Positions 28,201 through 39,101 of a stretch of 64,000 bases of DNA are shown one piece after another. The position numbers and the translations under genes are program-made. The stretch is taken from assembly GCA_026023565.1 (NCBI GenBank), contig JAPETS010000018.1, forward strand, positions 434,001-498,000, in the 5' to 3' direction. Origin of the DNA: Cirrosporium novae-zelandiae. Taxonomy: Eukaryota. A model generated the notes under the pieces. It made no database searches, was not told where the DNA came from, and was given only the letters and a program-made list of their open reading frames with translations. How positions within the stretch are numbered: position 1 is the first letter of the stretch; every line of letters begins with the position of its first letter.

Positions 28201-28282
28201 GGGTGAAGAACGAGGTCTGCTAGGAGCCGAGGATGAAGGGACGGAAGAGGGGACGGTGGATGGATTGGATGACATGCAATAA
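25245..28282 (+). CDS. ClC-family chloride channel/Cl-/H+ antiporter with C-terminal CBS domains (spliced; 5' exon structure uncertain)
   Basis: Signature motifs HSGIPEIK, GKEGPLVH (gating Glu), FSLEQLSY (proton Glu), PAGIILP, GVTRMTVSIVVIMFELTG, plus a CBS pair. Introns approx. 26195-26252 and 26356-26408. Confidence 0.93.
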
Positions 28283-28613
28283 GATGGCGCAGTGTCCTAC
28301 GGGCTCTTTAGGGAACTGGTTTATAATGAGGAAGGCTCCACGATAGAGATAATGTCGCTTACGCATAGCTTTCTTTTTTTGTAAGAAATCGCTGTATTTA
28401 TATATATGGACGGAGCATATAGATTTTACTTTATTCTCTATCATATAACACCATATAAAGTGAATTAACCAATTTAATTGAACCTGATTGATTATTCTAG
28501 AGACATTCAGTTTTCAATACCATTATATATAATACCATGTTGATCAAGTTCTTATCATTTTCCCGTAACAAAATCTCAAAAGCCTAAACTATTTGAATAA
28601 TGTCGTCCTTACC

Positions 28614-29243
28614 TCACAATTTCTCCCCTTTCATCTGTCTCGCATGCTCTAGATCCGTTTCCCCCAACTCTCTCAGCACCCCCGTCTTCGCCACCTGTCC
28701 CGTCAGACTTGCCATCCCTACTTCCTTCATAAGCCCCAAAGTCCCCACGGTACTCTTCCAATAAACCACATATCTCGCCTTAACCTCAATGAGACTCATC
28801 CTCGGATCCTCTGGTCCACCATTATGGATCCCGTCACCCAGATCACCAAACCAAGCCTTCAACCCAGAATTATAAAGAGTTTTGATTCGAGGGTCGGCAT
28901 TCGAAGCTACCGTCGCAACGCCTGTCACGCTAACCCAATCCTGACTCTTGTTATCTTGAAACGTCACCTGTACGGTTCGATCGCTTTCCAAATCCTCGAA
29001 CTTCTGACTGTGAGCGTTGGCGATGAAGAGGAAGTCAGGGCCTAGGCGCTTGGCGATGGTCATGGAACGGGAGACGGGGCCAATGTCTTTGCGGAGAGTG
29101 GTGAGAAGGCCCACCTTCACGCCATCGATAGTTTTGTATAGATCCATGATTTGCTCATTCATGTCTGTTTTTGTGTCGTATTGTTTTGCGACTGTGGGGT
29201 CGGTTTTGGAGGTTACTTCAGAGGTTTTAAGTGACTCTGGCAT
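28614..29243 (-). CDS. Bli-3-like general stress protein (pyridoxamine 5'-phosphate oxidase-like split barrel)
   Basis: Intronless 209 aa ORF with VSRSM, DFLFIANAHSQKFEDL, DWVSVTG, KAWFGDLGDGIHNGGPEDPRMSLIEVK. Confidence 0.85.
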   Translation of the reverse strand: MPESLKTSEVTSKTDPTVAKQYDTKTDMNEQIMDLYKTIDGVKVGLLTTLRKDIGPVSRSMTIAKRLGPDFLFIANAHSQKFEDLESDRTVQVTFQDNKSQDWVSVTGVATVASNADPRIKTLYNSGLKAWFGDLGDGIHNGGPEDPRMSLIEVKARYVVYWKSTVGTLGLMKEVGMASLTGQVAKTGVLRELGETDLEHARQMKGEKL

Positions 29244-30207
29244 TGTGATGGTTATAATAGCTATATCAACTTAAGATGGTAACATAAATCTCGAATAGTA
29301 TTGTATGAAAAAGACTTGAGGGAGAACTTCAGTGTAGCCACAATTATCATATACACGATAATATACTTTATAGACAATATGACAAGGAGGAAGGAAACGA
29401 CACATCATTGCATCATGACTCTGTTAAGCCTCCTATGTGTGTGGACTTATGTCGCATATGCAGGTTTCTTTTGCTGAGGGGGAGACATGTCATTCCCGTG
29501 TGCACTGTGATATCCGACGTAGATGGCTACATCATTAAAGAAAGCTGTTAAAGGTACTCAGTAACAATGTATGTATGTGGGCGTGGTGTAGAAATGCATT
29601 CAGACACACCTTAGCACACTGTCTTCCATATTTTGTTTCTTATTTTCGTGTTTGTACTGTACCCCTCCAATAACATCACAACTTCTAATCGCAACTTACT
29701 CTCTTTCGCTAGGAATTCCTACCTCGACGAAGAAACATGACTTAGTCTAAGTACTTAACATTGCACGATCTTGGTGACCAAATATGCACTAAAGAACCTG
29801 GGAACGAGCACAAGTGACCCGCTGGCCGGTGAGATGCTGGGAGCGCCTTGCATGCACAAAGATAATAGAGCCTCAAGAACTATTTGCAAAAAAAAGATGG
29901 CCAGGTCATTGATTTATTTGAGAATCATTTTATCGTATCAATTTGTGGATGCTCAGAATGTCACCCCTAGCTGGTGGATCCAATTCGCTATATCTTCGCC
30001 CCCATGTTAGGTACATCTTGGCAATATGCTGACATTTTTCAGGGTTTCCGGGTTCTTCGACCTCATTTTTGCCAGGTACATATATTGCTTACAACTAAGC
30101 ACGAATCCAGGGTGAGCTAAATCTAATGTCAAATACCTAAGAGGACTTTGAAGACTTTACCTGCCTAGTAATTTAGGTGGACAGTTGATGAACTTGAAGG
30201 TGCTACA

Positions 30208-32049
30208 ATGCTGTGTAAATTCTGCCAGCCTCTACAGGCTTTACAAGATCAGAAGTTCGTCACTTGCTCCTATCCAGATCCCGAATACTTTAGCAAGGCG
30301 GCTACTGAAGGCTGCCCAACTTGTTCACTGTCACAGAAAAACTTCTGGGGCCAGGTTCCGCGAGAGACTGACGGAAGTCTTAAAGCGCACTGGCGGCGAG
30401 ATGGAGACATGCTTCGATTTAGTGCCCGACATGGGCATGGAAAATCTCAGCTCTCAGCCGGGGTAGGACTAGAGTTGAAATTGATAACTCTAAACGATGA
30501 TTCTTTGCTACAAAATAATGGTTGCTGGGCTGGGACTACCCTACATGTCGATCCATTGTCTGATGCTTGTATCAAAGTGATGGATGATTGGATTGCTGAA
30601 TGTCTTCACACGCATTCTATCTGTCCTGGCGATGAAGAAGTACAGCTGCCCACGCGAGTTATTGATGTAGGGCCAACTAATGGCTCTGAAGATCCACGAC
30701 TTGTTATTTCTGATTGTCGCCATGGGAAATATATCACCCTCAGCCATTCGTGGGGGAAAATCCCGACAATCACAACTGGAAAGGCAACTCTTCAAGAAAG
30801 GTTAAATGGAATTCCTCTATCCAGCCTACCCCGAAACTTCAGCGATGCTATTTTAATCACTCGGAAATTTGGAGTTCAATACCTATGGATTGATAGTCTC
30901 TGCATATTGCAAGACGACATTGCTGATTGGGCCACTGAAAGTGCAAGAATGGCTGATGTCTATGGAAAGTCGTATCTTACGATTGCTGCCACAACATCAA
31001 TAAACACAGGTACGGGTATCTTGCATGAAAGACGCGGCGGTGTCATGCCCGACAAGATCGGAAATAATCCCGAGCAAGGTGAGAATTTATACGTCTTGCC
31101 TCACATCGAAGGGTGGCAAGGGGCGGTTGAACAAGCTCCTTTAAATCTTCGTGCGTGGACGCTACAAGAGCGGCTGCTATCGCCCCGAGTTTTGCAGTTC
31201 AGCAAACAGCAAATCTTCCTTGAATGCCAAACGACTGTTCATAGCGAGAGCGGAATCGTTGGAGTCTACAATGCGCCAATATCCAACAGATTTCCCTACA
31301 ATGGTGTCCCTAAGAGCATTCTTATGCACCACGACGGGATGCTGAAGAATAAAGAAGCCGACCCTAAACTCTTTCAAGTCTATTCAGACTGGTATACCAC
31401 CGTGAGGGACTATTCAAAACGTGCCCTTACAAAGGGTCGTGATAAACTTGTCGCGCTTTCCGGATGTGCCCATGAAATACAGGAGACACTACACGATACC
31501 TATCTTGCGGGCCTCTGGCAGCGCGATCTGCAAAGGGGCCTTCTCTGGCTGCGGGTCGGCCGCAGGTATCACCCACGACCGCATACCTATAGAGCACCCT
31601 CGTGGAGCTGGGCAGGATTAGATGTAGCGGTAAGGTTCCCATGCGGTAGCTCTCTAGACCTGCCCCACGAGATGGAGGTAATCGACTGCGAAATCAACCT
31701 CGTCCACGACGATCATTTCGGCGAGATATCAAGCGCGACGCTCACCTTGCGAGGTAAATTATTCAGGAGCACGCTACTAGGAGAGTCACTGGGGGCAGTC
31801 CTGAAGAGAGATGGAATAGTTTCTGAGTTCGATCCAGATGAGATGGATATTGATGAGGCGTTTGCTGCCAAGGGGAGCTATTTCTTTTTTTATGTTACTA
31901 GGACCCGGAATTGGTTTTGGTACCTCGTCCTAGAAGCCGTGGATGCTGCTGATGGTGTCTACAAGCGAGTTGGATTGCTCCAAGAACTGCAGATGAAGAC
32001 GAGTAGCCACCGTGTAGAAGGTGAGATGACGACTATTAAGATGGTGTAG
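30208..32049 (+). CDS. HET-domain (heterokaryon incompatibility-type) protein, 613 aa, intronless
   Basis: LPTRVIDVG, YITLSHSWG, F.DAI.ITRKFGVQYLWIDSLCILQDD..DW..ES..MADVY, PLNLRAWTLQERLLSPR, YRAPSWSWA. Confidence 0.93.
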   Translation: MLCKFCQPLQALQDQKFVTCSYPDPEYFSKAATEGCPTCSLSQKNFWGQVPRETDGSLKAHWRRDGDMLRFSARHGHGKSQLSAGVGLELKLITLNDDSLLQNNGCWAGTTLHVDPLSDACIKVMDDWIAECLHTHSICPGDEEVQLPTRVIDVGPTNGSEDPRLVISDCRHGKYITLSHSWGKIPTITTGKATLQERLNGIPLSSLPRNFSDAILITRKFGVQYLWIDSLCILQDDIADWATESARMADVYGKSYLTIAATTSINTGTGILHERRGGVMPDKIGNNPEQGENLYVLPHIEGWQGAVEQAPLNLRAWTLQERLLSPRVLQFSKQQIFLECQTTVHSESGIVGVYNAPISNRFPYNGVPKSILMHHDGMLKNKEADPKLFQVYSDWYTTVRDYSKRALTKGRDKLVALSGCAHEIQETLHDTYLAGLWQRDLQRGLLWLRVGRRYHPRPHTYRAPSWSWAGLDVAVRFPCGSSLDLPHEMEVIDCEINLVHDDHFGEISSATLTLRGKLFRSTLLGESLGAVLKRDGIVSEFDPDEMDIDEAFAAKGSYFFFYVTRTRNWFWYLVLEAVDAADGVYKRVGLLQELQMKTSSHRVEGEMTTIKMV

Positions 32050-32264
32050 CAATCGCTACGGGATTTCCATCCTTTAATTTCTAGTTGGCAGTATGGTAGA
32101 TACCTTTTTATTATTGAGAACTTTGTGTGGGGTAACACACACAAAAGGTAATGGCTATGACATACAGATAACAAGGACTGATCAGCGAGACAATGTGTGG
32201 TCAAATTTAACAAATAGATAAAAGGCTGGTGGAACCTACCAGTAGCTTAGCGAAATCGGATTAG

Positions 32265-32265
32265 T

Positions 32266-32317
<52 letters not shown>

Positions 32318-32319
32318 TC
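32265..32319 (+). repeat. (TTTC)n microsatellite, ~13 units
   Basis: Directly visible. Confidence 0.95.
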
Positions 32320-32627
32320 CCTCCCCTTCCCCTCACCTCCCCCATAACAACTTACACAAAAAAAATATAATTATGAATCTGAATCAGCATCAACAAACAT
32401 CACCATAACCTGACAAAACTCGGATGAATTAACATATTCATTAATCCCTGAATTATCCCAACTTTGTGTGGTCTGTGTCCATTAGCCTATTTTAAGCCAG
32501 TGCACGTCATCTCTATCTTATTAGATTGCTGTCCAACAATATTGCCCTTCTATCTAACTTTTGCATCTCTTGACTTCTTGCTGCTGCTTCAACTTTTGAC
32601 GTATATTCTATTCCATCTCCCCCTCGA

Positions 32628-33554
32628 ATGCAGTCACCAGAACCAACCCCCATTAAATCCCCCATTGAGTCCCCAAGCGGGCCCCCAAACGAGCCTGTAT
32701 CATCAGAGAAACCTATCCAACAACCCCCTGTTGCAGTCAAAGCTACAACTGCGCAAATACCTGCACCCGTTGCACAAGCTGCACCTGGTGTACCAGGTAC
32801 ACCTATTACACAAGCCGCGCCTATTGTACAAGCGGCACCTGTGGTAGAAGCTACACCTGTTGTACAAACTGCGCCGATAGTACAACCTACGCCTATTACA
32901 CCACATACACCTCTTGTACATAATGTACAACCTGCATCTTTTGCCCAAACCGCGCCGATAGTACAGCCTACACCTATTTACCAACCTTCACCTTTTGTGC
33001 ACAATAGACAACCTCCACCATTTGCATTCGTACGCAATGCCCCACCCGCACCCTTCATCCAAGCCCCACCACCTCAACCTCAATACCCCTACTACCGCCC
33101 CACAACGCCCCCCACGCAAATCTCCCTCGACCGTGACGAACGCCTCCGAGCCCAAACCCTCCGCGCCGCCGGCTGGTCCCTCAACAACATCGCCATCGAA
33201 CTAAGCCGCCAACTCCAACGTCCCATAACCCGAAACCAAATCCACTACGCCTGTGTCCACCGCACCACCCCACAACATCACAACGCCGGCCGACCCTCGA
33301 GCCTCTCCCCCGAGGAAATCGATCGCCTCATGCGCTACGTCTCCTCATCGCAGCACGCCAAACGGGAATCTTGGAAACAGTTGGCGATTTCAGCGGGGTT
33401 GAATTGTAGTGGGGAGGTTGTAAGGAGGGTGCTTAGGTCAAGGGGGTTCAAGAAATCGACCACGAGGAGGAGGCCTGCTGCTGCTGCTGCTGCTGCTGCC
33501 GCGGCTTCAGGCGATAGTAATAACAATAGTAATGGCGGGGAACAGCCTGCTTAG
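32628..33554 (+). CDS. 308 aa protein: Pro/Gln/Ala/Val-rich repetitive N-terminus fused to a Tc1/mariner-type bipartite HTH DNA-binding domain, no DDE domain
   Basis: C-terminal half RDERLRAQTLRAAGWS..IA..L..T.NQIHYA...TP....GRPSSLSPEEIDRL..YV..S....RESWKQLA.....S.EVVRRVLRSRGFKK..RRRP resembles HTH-GRP-HTH-basic region of fungal Tc1-like transposases. The ORF ends in poly-Ala and a stop. Confidence 0.75.
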   Translation: MQSPEPTPIKSPIESPSGPPNEPVSSEKPIQQPPVAVKATTAQIPAPVAQAAPGVPGTPITQAAPIVQAAPVVEATPVVQTAPIVQPTPITPHTPLVHNVQPASFAQTAPIVQPTPIYQPSPFVHNRQPPPFAFVRNAPPAPFIQAPPPQPQYPYYRPTTPPTQISLDRDERLRAQTLRAAGWSLNNIAIELSRQLQRPITRNQIHYACVHRTTPQHHNAGRPSSLSPEEIDRLMRYVSSSQHAKRESWKQLAISAGLNCSGEVVRRVLRSRGFKKSTTRRRPAAAAAAAAAASGDSNNNSNGGEQPA

Positions 33555-34169
33555 TTAGGCTTAGGCGCCTTGGGAACATTTTATATTATTGGGAGCGACG
33601 AACAACAACAACAACAACACCACAAGTGGTTATTTCTATATGCTATAGACCACCACAATGAAACTTGGGGTTCATTGGTCTCTATAGAAACATATACGCT
33701 CGATCATGTGGAGGGAGGCAATTTAGATGATACCATCTGTTTTTTTTTTTCGTCACGAACGCTTGGGAAGGATATACCTATGGGTCTATGGGGTTCATCT
33801 TAGCAAAGGCGCAAGAATCTAGGCATATGGCATGTGCTTATTTGAATGAATGACTTGAGTGAGGGTCTAGAAAGAATCTAAAGGTGTGAAGGTGTGAGGG
33901 AGTGAAGCTAGGGATTCGAGGATAGATAGGGGGTTACCGTGCATGACATGACTGGGAGGTGTGAAGGTGCGAGGATAGGCAGGGGGGGGGGGGATCATGT
34001 CATGTGTAGTACGGTAGTGGAGAGAAGTCTGAGGTTATGAATACATGGATGCATGGAGCTTGGGGCAGGAGGTATCTATACCACATATCTTCAATCTACA
34101 ATAGGGCTTTATTAGGAAGGAATATTTATTTATATCGGAGTAGGCGAGTAACGAAACTAGGTTGGTGGT

Positions 34170-34720
34170 GGTTATTCTTACCCCTACTCCTTACTCCTAC
34201 TCCTACTCTCTCCATCCATCCATCCATGCATATCCCCATCTATTCCATTCCATTCCCACAAAGACTTCTCCCCCTACTCCCTACTCCCTACTCCCTACTC
34301 CCTAGTTCCTACCCCCTATCCACATATTCCAAACCCTCGAATTTCCCCTTTCCAATTTCCAGTTTTCGTTTTTCGTTGATGTTGTTTTTGTCTTTGTTTT
34401 TCCTTGGAGATCTTGTATGTAGATGTAGATATAGATGTAGATATAGATGTAGTTGTGAATGATTGAGAGAGTAGGGAGTATGGAGTTTGTGGGGATAGTG
34501 TTTGGGATGGGTATATAGGTTATAGGTTATATGGGGGTATGCAGGGTAAGTATGAATGAATAGGTCTAGAACCTTAATAAGTAATTATAATCGTACTCCC
34601 TAGTGCGTGCCATCCTAACTATATATACATACATATATATATATATACCATACACACCGTATATAGATAAACAACCACACTGCACTGCACTACACCACAC
34701 CACACTACACTAAAGAAGAA
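34170..34720. repeat. Low-complexity / simple-repeat intergenic tract ((TACTCC)n, (TACTCCC)n, (AGATRT)n, (TA)n, (CACAC/TGCAC)n)
   Basis: Directly visible short tandem arrays. Confidence 0.8.
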
Positions 34721-35426
34721 GAGCTTAGCTTAATAACCAGTCAATCGTCCTGGGATAGATAGTAGTCCAACGTGTTACGTAAGAAAAAGGACCAAGGGCA
34801 ACTGTGAGGGGAAAAAAGGGGAAAGAAATAAATAAGCCAAAGCCAAAGGAAGGGCAGATAACAGAGATAGCACAGGAAAATAAAATAAAAGAATCCCTAT
34901 TTTCTATAAGAAAATGTATGTAACCGGGGAAGGGGAGGGGGTTATTAGACTAAGGGCCTGGGGAATTTAAGGGTTTAAGGGTTAAATGTATTACTGAGGA
35001 AATATTTTATTTTTATTTTTATTTTTTGCGGGGGAAGGGGGGGTTATGGTATAGGAATGGGTCTGAGAGGTTATTGCTAGTTAATTAAATAGAGCGCGCC
35101 GGCGCTTAGAAACCTTAAATGGTTATAAGATATAAGAGCTTGTAACTAGTTAAAAATAATCAACACATCGATTTTTACTACACCAGACCTCCGAGTGTGC
35201 CCTTGCAGGGGGGTGTTATGGAATTATGATGGATGGTTCGAGTTTGGGTTTGGGTTTGTTTTTGGGACTAATTATAATAGTTTGGGTTTGGAATATTGGA
35301 TTTGGGGATTGGATTCTTTTTATGTATGTATGTATGTATGAACCTGTTGAAGGTTGGCTGGGTGCGTGATCCGACCTTTTCGGGTGGCTGGGGGGTCGAA
35401 GGACTGGGAGAGGGAGCCTTCCGGAT

Positions 35427-37290
35427 TCATATATCTGAATCCCCAGTCTCTAGAAGCTCAGGCTTCTGCGCGTAATATATATTCCTAAACCCCCATCACC
35501 ATCATTAGCAAGCGCAACACACGAACTAGGAAAATGCTCAGAGCCAAAACTATGCAAGACTAACTAACCCTTTCAGGACAACATGTTCGCCCTCATCCCA
35601 AATCGCCCCCCTCACACTTACAAGATACGCCTCCACCTCCCCCATCGTCCATCCCAAATTCCTCGTAAACAACCCCATACACAACCCCGACAGTCCCTGC
35701 TCCAAGTCCTTCGCTAGCAGATACCCTAGCTTCTTGAGTCCGAAATCTGGGTGCCAGGTTCCCCAGGGCCCGATGTGGACTTCGTGGGTGATGTTGGTGA
35801 AGCCGGCTGAGGTCAGGGCGGGTTCCAGGTGGGAGGGGTAGGAGAGGTCAATTCCTACCTGCAGGGCGGCTTCGTACATTTTTTGGCTCCAATTTATGAG
35901 GGCGTTGGTCGGCGGAGCGGTATTGTCCGTGTGGGCGTAGAAGGGGTGTTCGACTTCTTGTAGTTCGATCCAACCGCCAGGTTTTAGATTACTAATGGTA
36001 GGGTATGTTGGTTAAGAGACTTTTGTTGTGGGGTTTTTGGGACAGGTTCGTTGGAGATAGACTGGGAGATGGTGGATGGGCTCACTCGTATGCTTGTTGG
36101 CAGTATCGTTTCCAGTCTCTAATGGCCGTACACAGCATGCGGCTATGCTGGATTATGGACGCAATGTTAGTAAGGAGTGGCTTACTTGCTTTTTATCTGC
36201 TAGGCGGTCCGGGGCGGATCATACAATATAATCAAACTTGGTGCTAAAAAGCCAGTCGACGTTCAAGTCGTCGACGAGAAACGTGACGTTTGGGGGCACA
36301 AACGGCGGTTGGATGGGTGAGAGATCCGTACCGACAATCTCAGCAGAGGGGAATTCGTCGGCGATGTCCATGGCCCAGCTGCCGGTTCCTGTGCCGACGT
36401 CGAGGATCCGCTGAATATTTGGATTTAGGGGCGCAAAATGCAATTTGCCTTCGCCAAATACTTTCCAGATGGCATGTTGGAGGTCTGGTTACTGTGAGCT
36501 GTTGATTTGACAATGATGCACCAACTCCCTAGCCGGATGCGTGAATATCTAAGATGCCTTTACCTAAACGCTCAGCTTCCCTCTACAAGCCATTTTCGTT
36601 GGGTCAGTGTCAACAAGCATGATTATTCCCATCTAGTGGGAGAGTTTGAACATAGGCTAACTTGATCGTTTGGTAGATAATATGCTGGAGGCAGATTAAA
36701 AAGCTCGAATCAGTTATCAGGTCAGCATATGATTATACAGGGAGCGACAGACTCGCGTCCTTGTATCCATGATATCGTCGTCCATTCTCGTAATTGAATT
36801 GGTAGTTGCTGGAGGAAAGCGTTTGGGTTTCCCTAACTCCATGGCTCAATTAATATCTATTTATTCCTTTCTTTTCAGCTTTCCTTCTTTCTTTCAGCCT
36901 TTGACATATCCAAGGCCGAGGCCAATAATAGGATAGGTGAGAGGGGCCGGATATACACGACGGATAAACCTCTAGTTACCGAGGATTTTATGAAGTAAAT
37001 ATCCATTCCATTGCTGGTAGATATTTGAACTTGGTGTCCTTTAGAGGATCATGTCGCAGTAAATCGATGAACATCAGGTCCCGAACACGGGTTCCATCAA
37101 TTGCATTCGACACAGAGTTGAAAGAACATACGAGCGTGTTTCATCTCCCATTGAAGAGTCTGTGTCAATTTCATGATCCTGGTTACAAATCACTGCATCA
37201 GCTCCACATTCTGATATGATAGGGCCATCAAAAAATGATAAAGACCATGCCAAAAAAAATACTTACAGCTTGTTCTGGAACGTGATCCAT
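35427..37290 (-). CDS. LaeA-like class I SAM-dependent methyltransferase, ~9 exons including micro-exons
   Basis: Spliced translation MDHVPEQA|DHEIDTDSSMGDETRS|ETQTLSSSNYQFNYENGRRYHGYKD..YYLPNDQ|REAERLD|LQHAIWK..LHFAPL..RILDVGTGTGSWAMDIADEFPSAEIVGTDLSPIQP..FDYI|HSRML..|NLKPGGWIELQE..YYAQKPE. Confidence 0.88.
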
Positions 37291-37933
37291 TCTGCTTCTT
37301 GTGTTTATCAGTATAGAATAAATAAATAAAAAAATCCAAGGTGAAGTAAATCCAAAGAGAAAAGGGTAGCGGAAAGCAGAAATTTTATGAACATGTAGAG
37401 ATGGTGATAAATTTAGCATTTTTTATTACTTGAACACCAATGAAATCCCTTCCGATCGTACTCGTGCTCGTGATTCTGAAGTCCTTTCGATGTTTGACTA
37501 AATACTGCACAGGCGGACGATGGGTATGGTTTCGGTAGATTGCAATCGAGATGGAGGTTTTCATTGGGTCTTTTAGAGCAACTTGATTCTGGCTATCGAA
37601 CGTGAATATGCAAGATAGTGGGACTTTATGTGAGTAGAGGAGCAATTGTCTACCGAAGTAACCGAGGCATATTTGATAAAAGCCATTATATGTTTGGATG
37701 TCTAATGGCGAGATGGATGATGTATAGAGATAGTAATCCTCTAAAGTTGGTGCCTGAGGCTAGAGAGCCTGTAAATTATACTGTGTATTATTGTGTATTA
37801 TTGTGTATCATTGTGTATCAATACCGTACTATGGTGATATCTAATTATCTAGATGATAAGATACCTGGGACTGTTCTAAGCATCCCTTCCTCACACGTCA
37901 GCTTTACAAAGAGTCGATATCTAACTCCCCATA

Positions 37934-38332
37934 ATGTATCGCAAGATCATCATTTTAGAACGTGCTTCCCGCATCCTAGGCTCAAGCTCATTACGGCCCT
38001 CACTAATATCACGGCCCTTCCACTCCTTCTCCCCCAAACGTCCGCAAATCTACAAATCTCGTTCCTCGTTTCCGACACCCCTATATTACACACAACATCG
38101 AAACGATGACCACAGCTCTCTGTCATTCTCCAGTATGATTATTGCATTCATTCTTGCTTTCCCATTAGCTCTGGTGATAGGTCCTATCATAGGAAGGACT
38201 TTTCCAGGAAAAGAGCACATAGATCCGGCTAAGCTAAATGAAATCCGAAGAAGGGCCAGGGCAGAATATATAAGGAAAAAAAGTGAGGAAGCAGCAATTA
38301 AAGAATGGATTAAGGAGAGCAATGACAAATAG
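37934..38332 (+). CDS. Hypothetical 132 aa single-pass membrane protein with a mitochondrial-presequence-like N-terminus
   Basis: ATG-initiated ORF: ~55 aa Arg/Ser-rich segment almost free of acidic residues, one hydrophobic segment (MIIAFILAFPLALVIGPIIG) and a charged helical tail. Confidence 0.6.
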   Translation: MYRKIIILERASRILGSSSLRPSLISRPFHSFSPKRPQIYKSRSSFPTPLYYTQHRNDDHSSLSFSSMIIAFILAFPLALVIGPIIGRTFPGKEHIDPAKLNEIRRRARAEYIRKKSEEAAIKEWIKESNDK

Positions 38333-39101
38333 GGATATCTTTTGTGGCTGGAATACTTTTGGAAGTACGAGATAGTATCTTTGACTACGGAATCCTCGAC
38401 TGGGCTTATCACTTTCTATCATATACTGGTGCATTAAGTACCAAAGCTCTACAATCGTGAAGCACTAGGTTGCTTTTCAAATGTCAAATGCTTCGAGGCT
38501 CGCTCATGCTATAGCTTGGTTTAAATCCAGTACTCATACCAAATTAGAACTATCTTTCAATTGAATTTTGGAACCAAAATGGTCCTTTCGGATTAGACGG
38601 GTTACGGAGATTTGGCAGGATCATCTAACGAATAGATATTTCATTTGGTCTGTGTATGTACACAATACTTAATTACATGTCTTATTAATTAATGAATTAA
38701 TTGAAGAAAATCTGCAACCTTTTGGATTATACAATACATTGACTGTTGTGTATGTACTGTACGTGGACCAATTAGTCTACAAGGAAAAACGCCAAATTGT
38801 CTAGGAAAGCGCCGAACTGTCTGCAAGTTCTTGCCAATCGCGTCCCTTTGCTGGGCGCGTCGTTTGCTACCTGAAGTGTCATTGTGTGGGGTAAAGTAGC
38901 CACAGCAGTTGCGTTCCAGGCAGTACATTCTTGATTATTTAAACCCCTCCTCGCCCAGCCTTTCTGCAGAATCCAACCTTCATCTTGCCCTTTCATTACT
39001 TTCCTTTCACTTTACTTTTACTTCAACAGGCCTTGCTTTGAGCAAACCCCCCAACACTTGCAACCAAGGAGTTTCGATCTACTGTGCTTATTCCATTTAG
39101 C

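Noticed and set aside
29790..30060. 12/14 inverted match aagaacctgggaac / gtttccgggttctt upstream of the HET gene
   Set aside because: Too short and not extendable; compatible with chance.
33570..34462. 77 aa and 141 aa ORFs after the HTH gene as a possible missing transposase catalytic exon
   Set aside because: They translate simple repeats and contain no DDE/DDD motifs.
34960..35290. Telomere-like words (tttaagggtttaagggtt, gggtttgggttt)
   Set aside because: Only 2-3 imperfect units inside a low-complexity intergenic tract; not an interstitial telomere array.
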